Assembly (NCBI RefSeq): GCF_000143415.4
Contig: NW_003314298.1
Location: forward strand, 1,147,250 to 1,211,249
DNA from: Selaginella moellendorffii
Taxonomy: Eukaryota > Plantae > Lycopodiophyta
DNA length: 64,000 bases
Direction of reading: 5' to 3'
The notes below the pieces were generated by a model. The model saw only the letters and a list, made by a program, of their open reading frames with translations. It searched no databases and was not told the DNA's origin. Below, one piece after another: positions 37,401 to 47,974 of this stretch. The position numbers and the translations under genes were made by a program. Positions within the stretch are counted from its first letter, which is position 1; each line of letters starts with the position of its first letter.

Positions 37401-40138
37401 AAACTCCCAAAATACGTCGTTCGCCATATGTTGGAAAACTGCTAGAGCATTTGTCAAGCCAAATGGCATGACAGTGTACTCGAAGTGGCCATAACGGGTT
37501 CGGAATGCAGTCTTCCATTCATCACCAGGCCGGATCCGGATCAGGTTGTATGCGCCACAGAGGTCAATCTTGGTGAAGAAGCGGGCACCACCGAGGCGTT
37601 CCAACAGGTCCAAGATCAGGGGCAGTGGATAACGGTTTTGAATAGTCACCTTGTTCAAACCTCGGTAATCGATGACTAGCCGCAAACTCCCATCCTTCTT
37701 CTTGACAAAGAAGACAGGCGCTCCAGCCGAGGACTACGAATGCTGAATGTACCCCGAGGCAAGGTTCTCATCCACATACTCTTTGAGGGCCTGAAGCTCG
37801 GACGGGGATAACCCGTAGATAGGCCCCCACGGAGGTGACGCTCCTTCCTGTAAATCAATGGGACAATCATAAGGTTGATGAACAGGTAGTACACTAGCTT
37901 TTTTCTTGTCAAACACATCCCCAAAATCATGATACTTCTCAGGAAGACTGACAGGAAAAACATGCAAAGCAAAAAGGAAAATAGGTTCTTCATGAAGGAG
38001 TTCTTTCATAGTGATTGTGGAGATAGGAGGGGAGATAGGAGGAGGTGTACGACTAAATGGAATAATGAGACGAGGATACTGTCCAGTGTAAGATGAAAGA
38101 GAGGAAAAAGAAGAGGGTGAAAACTTCGTAGAGTCAAGAACAAAACCCCGATTTAAGTTTAGGGAACTTTTCCTGATGTGGACTCGATGAACAGCAGGGG
38201 AAGCCGTGGGAGATTGGTGATGTGGGAGAGATGAGCTGTAATTCCTTCCAACAAATCTGAGGCTGATGTAGTTAGAACCAAGGAAGACCAAGCACCACAG
38301 AGGAGGACTTGCTATTGATGATGTTGAAGGCGATATCGGTGACGGTGGACCCGATGTGTACTCGAACGGGCAACGTTTCCCTAAGTCCAGAAGATGGAGA
38401 CACAAAATGCCCGCCGATGCCTTCAACCCTCAAATCCCATATGGTAGGAGAAAGAGGAACGTGATGTCGGGCAGCAAAGTCCGTGTCCATGAAGCAGGAA
38501 GTTGCACCCGAGTCCAGTAGCGCCAAAGCCTTGAGTCTTGATTGTCCGGTGAAAGAAAGGAGACATGGGACACGGAAGTTGCGGGAATTGGTGGTGGCTT
38601 TGATGAAAGGTGGTGAGGAGCTTGATAAAGAAGGAAAGTGATTTTTATTCGGGGAGTCCAAACAGACAGCTTCTACTCTATTTGGACAGGGTCGTTTCCC
38701 GACTACAACAGAGGTGGACTTTGAGGCAGAGTGAACTCGAGCAGTTGGGGAGGCTTCTTGGGACACACAGCTGCTTTGTGATTAGGATCAGCACAGTAGA
38801 GGCAAAGATTATGAGATATTCGACGTTGCTTCTCAGTAGGACTCAACTTCCCTCTAATGAGTCGGGGAGTACCAGAAATATCCATCGGGACCGGAGCAGT
38901 AGGTTCAGGAGTATGCCCCGAAGACTCAAGCTGAGATTCCTGAGTCTGGGACGGAAAAATAGCGGCGCGGCGACTTTCCTGACGACGTTCAAAGAGACGA
39001 TTGTCACATCGAACAGCTTTGTTGATCGCGTCCGACAAGTCCTTGGGATCCTCCATGGTGAGCAACAAATCCTTGACACTGTTGTTGAGGTCGAACGAAA
39101 TTGGTCAATTAGGGCCCGCTCATCCCACTGAGTGTCCAAGGCAAGGAGTTGGAACTCTGCAGCGTAGATCGAGGCAGGATGAGACCCCTGAGAGAGATGT
39201 CTCATCTTTGTGGTAGCAGCCCGAACCCGATCCGTCTCGCCAAAACATGCTTCGAGCTTTTCTTTGAACAATTGAAGATCCATCAGCTTCGGAACCACGA
39301 CCCCTTTCATGCTCTTCTCCAGAAGAGGAGAAAACCATGACAAAGCTGCACCTTCGAGCAACATCCCAATCGCGCCAATTTGAGACTCGGGAGTGGGATA
39401 CCGCCGATGTTGAAGTGCAAAGATCAGCTCCATTTGGTTCAAAAATCCACAAAGCTCCGAACGCTTGCCTGAAAATTTTGCCGGGAAACTCACCTTTGGT
39501 TCAGGAACTTTGCTGGATCCTTGAGCCGAAAGTGAAGCAAGCTCCTGCTGCATGCGAAGAAGGGTCGCCTTCAACTCGGTATTCTCAGACTGGATTTTTG
39601 CAAGGACTTCGGCAAAGAAATCAGGATGGCTTGGAGACCCCATCGGCAGAAAGAAAGAAAAGGGGGAAAAAAGGCAAAGGCAATCAAACAATCAAAACGA
39701 GCTAAAGGAAAAAAAGAATGAAAAAACACAATCTGAATCAAACTGTCAAGACCCCCAACAAGATCAAGACTGGAAAATGCAAAAGACAAAGAGAAAAGCT
39801 AATGGAAACAAAGAAAAGGCCTTAGACTGGTGTTGATTCAGATTGTGGAGAAATGGAACAAGGCTAACCTATATATACTATAGGTTGATGAAGCTCCACC
39901 ACTCTTGGATCGAGGACGGCCTAAATATAGTTGAGGTTGAGGAGGCGCCACATCAATATCAGGAATGTGGCTCGAGACTCAGGAATTGTCCAGGAAATCA
40001 GAGAGTCAGGAATAGGGAAGTGTCTCGAGAGTCAGGAATAAGGAAGTGTCTCGAGAATCAGGAATGTGGTCTGCAAGTCAGGAATCTGGCGAGAGTCAGG
40101 AATGTGGCAAGAATTGGGGGATTCGGGGATTCCTGACA
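34483..40138 (-). mobile_element. Ty3/gypsy chromovirus (Tcn1/Tf1-like), near full length; LTRs 39744-40138 (5') and 34483-34903 (3')
   Basis: Near-identical LTRs and an imperfect TSD (GTGTG/GTTTG). PPT at 34904-34916. Order gag, protease (ALLDSGA), RT (YLDD), RNaseH (EADASD), integrase (HDS...GH, DRGPQF, SAYHPQTDGQSE), chromodomain (EYEV*DILD...YLVDWKGYGPEERIWEP). Confidence 0.96.
34930..39643 (-). pseudogene. gag-pol of the chromovirus, frameshifted and with stops
   Basis: ORF pieces 38843-39691, 38272-38766, 36684-37685, 36475-36762, 35764-36465, 35164-35739. Confidence 0.92.
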
Positions 40139-40789
40139 GTTTGTACATGTCCAACCGGAACATTGATGTGATAGACAGGATCATCTCGAAAGCATTCATT
40201 GATGCACTTCATCCATGCACACTAGCGATGATTCACATCGATAATGTAGAATATTTTCCCCACAAATTGTTGAGTCTCCGGATGGCTCATAAGCATGTTG
40301 TCAAATTTGTAGGACTTCATTTTCCAAATATCATCCCAAACCCTCTTGATTTCCGGTAACACCAAAAAGGTATTTGTCATTCCTGGCTTGAAGACCGAAA
40401 CAAGGAATATACCTATATTTGTCCCAAGGCCATTCTGTTTGTATAGACTATAGATGTCCATGTTGACGAAGTAAAGTGAAGCAAACTAAACAATGCTTGT
40501 CTGAGTGAATCAAGATAGTGGGATTTCTTAGATCATGTCTCCCGGGCCTTCCCACTTGAGAGACTCTAGAGTCATGTGAATGGCCTTCTCTTTGGTTCTC
40601 AAAACTGTCTCTTGGAAGCGCTTGTTTACAATATGTTTAGGTAGCTCCACTTTTCTTTCAGCTTCAACTACACCTCCAGTAGCACTATTATCAGATCTAG
40701 CCCCCAGCTTGGGCCCAACACCCCTGTCAGGCGCACTTGGGCACTGCTCCGTAATGTAGCTAGTTTCTGCTATATTTTGCAAATATGTT

Positions 40790-41035
40790 AAGAGTAGTGG
40801 CATTTGTAGTTGTGGCAGCAATGGTAGTGATAACAATGGTTGCAATGGCACTGCTGGTGGTGATGATGGTGGCAGTGGTGGTGGTAATGGTGATAATGGC
40901 GGTGGTGGTAATGGTGGTGATGACAGTGGTGGTAATGGTGGTGATGAAGGTAGAGGTGGCAATGGCAGTGAAGGTGGTGGCGGTGGTAATGGTGGTGGTG
41001 GCATCGATGGCAATGGTGGCAAAAATGGGGGGTGC
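40790..41035. repeat. Degenerate (GGT/GAT/AAT)n trinucleotide tract; Pro-rich when read on the minus strand
   Basis: ggtggtaatggtgatg... reiterations. Confidence 0.85.
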
Positions 41036-41259
41036 ATGTGGACTGGAGCTATTTGGTTGCGAAGACGGCAGAGTTGTCATTGTGGAAATCTTTATCTGAA
41101 CGTTAAATTGATTGTTGTCCTATATCTCATCTTCCTCATGTCTTGTTCTCTTTGATCCAACATCCTTCTCCTTTTGTAGTTGTTTTCATTTTTGAAAATA
41201 AAAAAAACTTATTATACAATAAAAATGCATAAGAAGTAAAAATGCATAAGAAGCACGAA

Positions 41260-42300
41260 GCACTTGGTGTGGGCGCCGGTTTGCTGGTGTACCAGCCCAC
41301 CCCCAAACGCCATGGCCGGCTCGCGCAGAGTGCCCAGCCCAGGCACTTGGCGCAGGCACTTGTCATGGGCACTGGTTCGCCGGCATACTGGCCTGCCCCA
41401 AAGTGCCATGGCTGGCCCATGCCAAGTGCCCGGGCCAGGCACTTGGCGCGGGTGCTAGTTCGCTAGCATACCAGCCCGCCCCCAAGTGCCGTGGCCGGCC
41501 CGCGCCAAGTGCCTGGCCCAGGCACTTGGCGTGGGGACTTGGCACAGATGCCGATTCCCTGGCATACCGGCCCACCCCAAAGTGCCATAGCTGGCCCAGG
41601 CCCAGGAAATTGGTGCGGGCACTTGGCGTGGGTGTCAGTTCGCCGCCATACCGGCCTGCCCCCAAGCACCGTGGCCGGCCTGCACAGAGTGCTCGGCTCG
41701 GGCACTTGGTGCGGGCATTAGCGCGGGCGCCAGTTCGCCAACATACCAGCCCGCCCCCAAGTGCCATAGCCAGCCCGTGCGGAGTGCCTGGCCTGGGCAA
41801 TTGGTGTGGACACTTGGCACGGCGCCGGTTTGCCGATGTACCAGCCCGCCCCCAAGCGCTGTGGCTGGCCCGTGTGTAGTGCCTGGCCCGGGCACTTGGC
41901 GCAGGCGCCGGTTCGCCGGTGTACCAGCCCACCCCCAAGTGCCGTGGCTGGCCTGCGCCAAGTGCCCAGGCTAGGCACTTGACATGGGGACTTGTTGCAG
42001 GTGCCAGTTCACCAGCGTACTGGCCCACCTCGAAGTGCCATGGCCGGCCCGGGCAGAGTGCCCAGCCAAATGCCTGATCCAGGCACTTGGTAGCGGTAGT
42101 GCTGGGCACAGCAGCAATGGCACTGGGCGTGGCGTGGGCACGGCGGTGCTGGGCGTGGTGTGGGCATGGAGGTGCTAGGCAGTGGCAGCACTGGGTGTGG
42201 CATGGGCGCGGCAGCACTAGGTGTGGCGTGGGCACGGTGGTGGTGAGCGTGGCATGGGTGTAGTGGTGCTAGGCATGGTGGCGCTGGGCGTGGTGTGAGA
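41260..42300. repeat. GC-rich minisatellite: ~80-95 bp units containing GGCACTTGG/CCAAGTGCC inverted motifs, then ~26-bp G-rich units (42090-42300)
   Basis: Recurrent ggcacttggcgcgggcgccggttcgccggcataccagcccgcccccaagtgcc... consensus, roughly 9-10 copies. Confidence 0.9.
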
Positions 42301-43172
42301 GTGGAGGAGAGAAAACCTTACTCTTGGTAGCATTCTATTCGACGCCAATGGATCCCATAGTCACTCCCAATCTCTCATTCTACTTTCTGTAAAACCTTAA
42401 TGCCGTCGGCCGCCTTAACCCTAACCTAACTTTCATCAAAGTTGTTCATCGTGGATGCAATAAATGTTCATTACATTCTGCAAATATTTGCTAACAATGT
42501 ATAATTTCTATTCCATCCTAGATTTGATCACGTGACAAAGTCCTTTTGAGTTGTAATTTAATAATAAAGGTGTGCTTTAATATGACTATGCCATAATGTG
42601 GAAATAATGTCATAGACACATGTGTTGAATTGATCACAATACGAAATTATAAATGAGAATTATGTGTTTCTTGCAAGTCATAGAATCTTGTCAGAAAATA
42701 TAAGATTATTAAATCATAAGGTGTTATTTCCAAAGCAATGTATATAGATAATTTACTATAGGTGATAGATGGTAGTACAAAGATGGAATATATTTAAATA
42801 AGTTTAGAAGAATATGAACTGAAAATATGTATAATATTTAATTTGTTTGGCAACAGTTGGTTGATGATAGATCCTAGAATAAAATCATTCCTATCTTTCA
42901 TATTATGGCACATGATTGAGGTGATATTTCTTTTCGTTCTACCAAAAGTTAGTCCATATAATAACTTTGAGCATGTTTTTGAATTCAATGTATACAAACT
43001 TTTAATATTGTACAACATAGTCCTTTATACTTCATACAGAATTTATTATAACATTATTCGATGTTAGATCCTAGAATAAAATCACCCTTTCTTTTCACAT
43101 AATAGCATAGCACATGTTTGAGGTGACATTTCTTTATAAAAGTTTAGAGTTCCAAAACCTAAAGGCAACAAA

Positions 43173-46100
43173 ATGGAGAGTTTCCTTTTGCATTACCAAG
43201 ATTACCTATTGCTTTCTTTCTCCCAAAGTCTTATTTCAGAAAGTTTTCTTTGCCGACATTTCGATCTTTCTCTCAGTTCTATTTCATTGGAGGCTATGAT
43301 TCACAACAACATTGGTGTTGTTGAACGATTAGAGTTTCTTCTTTCGGGTGTAGGTGAAGGTGGACAATATTGGGATTTACAACATTCCAAGTCAAAGGAG
43401 ATTCAAGTTTTTGGATCTCCAATCAAAGTGCGAGATTGCAATCCTGCCAAAGTGAATGTGAAGCAAGAGTCGGTCATCATCATTTCTTCCTCTTTTAGTT
43501 TTAGTAGAGACATTAGTCCAGTGCAAGCCAAGAATTTAAAAACTCTAACTTCACTTATATTCAAAGCTGTTTGCAACACTTTCCAGTTTTCCTGCCTCTC
43601 TATCAATGTGCATTCCTTTCTACATAAGCCCGTTAGCGAGCTCCCATCTACATACAATGGCAATATCTTCTTTGAACTACCAATTCTTGTCAGCTCAAAA
43701 CGAAAGGGGATGGAGACCAAGCAAGACGTCCACAATTGGTGCAAGATCAAAACTACACATTTTCAACATTTCAAAGGCACAATGTCCATGGTTCATTATG
43801 GTGGGTATTTGGATTGTGTGAATAAAGCATACAATCGAGAGTGTGGTAAAAACTCCACATTTTTTTAAGGATCTGCAACCAATCCTCCCATCTATAACAC
43901 TATTGGTGTTGGGTTCAAGTATCAATTTTGCAAGAATGCTCCATTGTATCGTGCCATCTGCGGGGCCAAGATGTATTATTGTTTTTTCCACGAGATGGAG
44001 CTGGTAGAGTTGCAGTATATATTGGCACGCACACACATCCAATACAGGAAGGGATACAAAGGAGTTCAATCAACTGTTTCAAAGATGCGTAGATAGAGAC
44101 TATGAGAAACTCATTTGCAACTCCGAAGCATGTTCAAAAGATATTGCTCAAGGATTTTATCGCAAACACTTTACTTGATCCGGACTGCAAGAATACTCAA
44201 CTGGATGAGGCTAACTTGCGGGAGTTACTATGACACGTGCAACCTGCAACTAGCCTCAGGAGGTACGAAAATATTATTACATACTTTTCAATAATATCTC
44301 TCTTATATTTTGTTTTATTTAGGATAAAGTCTTGGATGTGTGAATCTTGAGAGGGGAAACTCCAATAAAAAATTGACTCAATCCTTGAACTAAAACGAAC
44401 TTATCCCTACAAATTTATCCATAGGAGTTTATTTCCAGATCAAGTCGTTAATGAACAAGAGTGCCCCTTCATCTTCAAAATGTCTACCATGGATCCCACC
44501 TCTGGTGTGGATCTTGTTTCTCAAATGGATATGGTTGAGTGACCTTGCTAATGCATGGGTACATTTTGACTATATGGAGCGGGTGGTGGGTTGGAAAACC
44601 ATGAGAGCTCATATGTATGATTCGAGGTAGTTTTTTTTCTCATTATCTTAAAATGGTTTTAAGCATTGCCCTTTTCACAGGCTATGTTGTAACTTGACAA
44701 TTGCAATAGCAGAGTTTAAAGTACAAGACTAGATGGCTTAGGAAATATTTTGGAAGTCCCTCTCCAACATTGTATTGAAGTGGATTGGTAAGCTTGCCAA
44801 CTTTTGCGGTTTCATGGCAAATGGGGCTAGGGCTAATTGGAATGGTGTCTGGGCAGTATTTAGGAATGGTCAACCCTTAAAAAGTTGTGAAAAGACTTGT
44901 GAGTTTCATTGGGCTCAGAGCCTAAACTAACACTATCACTTTATCAAGCCAAATTTCCAAATTAGCATTTAAGGAGTTGTGCAAACAATGGCAAGCTACA
45001 CCTTCTGAAGAAGAGCATGAGGCAAAAGCAAATGAGATTCAAATATGGTGGCATGAAAATGGCCATACTAACATAAGTTGTCTACCACAACTTGAGTCAT
45101 GGTTGGGGTGGTGGGAAGTTAGGATGTTCCAATGGGGACATCCCTCTTTTCAGGTTGGTTTTTCTTTTTTTCCTCTATTTTTATTGCTTTTTAATATCAT
45201 CTTTTTATAAAGATCAACCACTTGAGGATCTTGCATACACCCGAATTGTGAATCTCTCAAAGAGTAAGCATTGGAATTGGCGTTCCTCTGAGGCAGGGAA
45301 AGAGAAGATGAGTCTATATGAAGCATGTCTATCAGATTTGATATGCATTGTAGAGTAGTCTTCAAAAGCCTTGGCATTTAAGGAAGGAAGATACATGGGA
45401 ATAGGACCTTCGGTTGAGATATTACACGATCGGATGAAGAAGAAAGTGACTCCACCAACACAAACAGTGGCACTTGCAGTGAAAGAAGTGATCCATAGCA
45501 CATCTATGGAGTACATTTCCCAGGCTTCTATTGGTGACATGAAGATCGTCTACTCAAAACATCACTTTTCCTTTGCTGGTGAAGATGTTAGCATAGATCT
45601 TGGAGCAAAAAGCTCTCACAGGCCTAATGTTGAGTATCATTCTGCTCCAAGACATCACCTCTAAACTGAGCCACCTCAAGTGGCTGATGAAGAAAGTGCA
45701 TCACAACAGGTTGAAATTGTTTATTATAGCATGGAGCCGAAGCAATAGGCAATCTGTCGAGTGCCAACAAAATCAAATGTAAGATGTGTTGGGATGCTTC
45801 TGAGGGGCAAGTGTTGGGCTTAGATCCATGGTGACAAGTTAGCTTCTATTCTAGCCCCATGTTTCTATGGGGAACAAAAGCAAGCAAGATTTTCAAGATG
45901 GTGTTGGTTATATTGTTGCAACATTGATATCAACCATACAAAGCAGTTTGAAGACACTATAGTGACTAAACCTAATGCAGTACTTAAAGAATGTTTGGTT
46001 GCTAATGGGGTTGCACTCACCTCGGATGAAATTGAAAACCTTGAGAAATTTGGTTTCAATCTTAAAAGAAGTGTTAGAAACATGAGTGATAAAACCAAAA

Positions 46101-46465
46101 TTGTTCCTACAGAGATACACAGGAGGCCAGCAAAAAAAGGTAAGGTAGTTAAATTTATTGGTACCGTCTCCAAGCAGAAGCAAGGTAAAATAAACTTGGC
46201 TCAAACACTTGAGTGTGAGATTCTCTCAACGAAGTACATCACTGCACTTGTAAAGGAGTACATAGTCAAAACAAAATGTGGAGAGTACACAATTGCCATT
46301 CAAGATTTTCCTTTTTGCACATGTCCAGACTTTACGAAGCGTGAGGAACATAGGAAGGCATATGCTTCTTGCAAGCATATGTACTATATCTTCATCAACA
46401 TCTTACACCATGATCCTAAAGTGGATATTCATATACACCAAACAAGCCTTACTATTGCCAAGTAG
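43173..46465 (+). pseudogene. Mutator-like (MULE) transposase: WRKY/GCM-like Zn DNA-binding region, DDE core, C-terminal SWIM finger; decayed, intron-containing
   Basis: DVHNWCKIKTT...ICGAKMYY...YIGTHTHP; AWVHFDYMERVVGWKTM (~44550-44605); FCGFMANGARANWN (D>N); CEFHWAQSL (CxxH); VNLSKSKH (E>K); SWIM CTCPDF...CKHMYY (46316-46387). Confidence 0.78.
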
Positions 46466-47974
46466 TAGAAAACTTTTGGAGCTAATTAGATTTTTCAACA
46501 CTATCGATGTTTATTCTCTATCAAAAATATAAACTTATTATACCTTATATAATTAATCAAATATTTTATTATTTCACTTTTCATTTCATATACTTGCGAG
46601 TGTTCTTTTCGCAATACTGCCCATAGTATTCATGAGTTTCCATTTTTGTCTTTACCATCTTAAAAAATATTTCATTGTAGTCTTTTGGGTGCGTGATGTT
46701 GTAATGTGTTGCAAGAGCATATGTACCATCATAATTGTTTTTTCTTCCTTTCATATGGTTATATGGCATTATATAGAATCTTAATTCAAATTTAATAATT
46801 TTAAAATTCTGACAAACCTGACATGTACTAGCCAGAAAGCACAGAGTGCAAATTTAAAGAAGTGACAAGAATACTCTTTTTGCAAACATTTTATTTTATG
46901 TTTTAACAAACGTCCCTATCATTGCATGTAGTAAATATTTAAATTATTAGAACAAGAAGTATCCTTTAGAACATTTTTATCTATATAATATATAAGGAGT
47001 TATGAAATTATTATAACCTTAAAAGTTTAAAGTTTATAATATTTATACTAAATTATAATTGAAAATTGAGCTCAACTCATGAGCTCAACTCTTTAGCTCA
47101 TGAGCTCAATTATGGTCCGCACTCGTCCTTGGTAGTTAGAGCTCTTAGGGAAGAAGACCCCTACACTAGATTAAAAGAAAGTTGTCAATGTTAGTAACAA
47201 TAGCAATGTTAGTGATGATGGAAAGGAGGATGAAAATGCTCCAAATCAAGCTCATGTTCTACCACTAAACAGCCAAGATCAGACTCTAATTCCACCATCA
47301 AACAGCTAGGATCTAAATTAGGTTCCATTAGCAAATAATGATGATCAAGTGGTTTATAAAATATTATGTCGACTTCGAAGTAAGCAAAAGTGACTTTTGC
47401 TATTAGTAGTAATTTCATTCCATCTTGACAAGATGCTTGTAATGAGAAGTTGGAGGAACTCTCATTGACAACATACCATATGGTAATAATATATTATTTC
47501 TTGTTTTTATCATTCACTTTGCTCTTGTGTAAATCCGTCTTGTTTCCCCAATAACACACTAAAAGATTATAGGTGTCTTCATTAGCTTCTACAATAGATT
47601 GCTAACATTTTTCACAGAAGACAATATGAATATGGATATAAACATATAACACTAATTTGATTATTAATGCCAAAAGATACAAAGGTCTTACTCTCAGTTG
47701 TGGACTTCATTCTCTTTAACTTTGCAAACAGTTTTTTAAATATTGATGGGAAAGTCGAGAATTAAAACTTTTTCACACCCAACCACATGTATGATGCATT
47801 CTTCTTGTCAGAAGCATTTATATTTGAAGCAGGCTATATCATATTCATCCTACCAAATGACCCAATTGAATATATAAATTTATAATATATGCAACAAAAG
47901 CACATCTCAAGTCATTCTCTTCCAAGTGCATCATGAATCTTGTTAGCATCAATACATTGAACCCATGAAATTCC

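Larger units (their letters stand above)
21090..42358 (-). pseudogene. Interrupted multi-exon gene: ParB-like N-terminal domain + C-terminal beta-class N4-cytosine/N6-adenine DNA methyltransferase (N6_N4_Mtase-like)
   Basis: Joining 32126 to 21552 across the LTR element gives an open frame FQSPSVMHILLELYCPTRGVVIDCTAGSGSMVEAACDSGRSVFAIEE (motif I/SAM-binding). Upstream, FMLFDMLDG (32634-32660) sits at the motif IV position, and FYIIDVNHR*CAW (40213-40251) is ParB-like. Short introns with mostly GT-AG ends and many stops. Both gene ends are tentative. Confidence 0.72.

Noticed and set aside
40528-41099. Extensin-like Pro-rich ORF and antisense Val/Met-rich ORF
   Set aside because: Trinucleotide low-complexity tract within the ParB-methylase locus; no signal peptide or independent gene structure.
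41260-42090. CRISPR-like appearance of the palindromic repeats
   Set aside because: No unique spacers, units are degenerate along their whole length, no cas genes, and the context is eukaryotic.
41136-42235. Overlapping 60-290 aa ORFs on both strands
   Set aside because: Produced by the GC-rich minisatellite; no recognisable domain.
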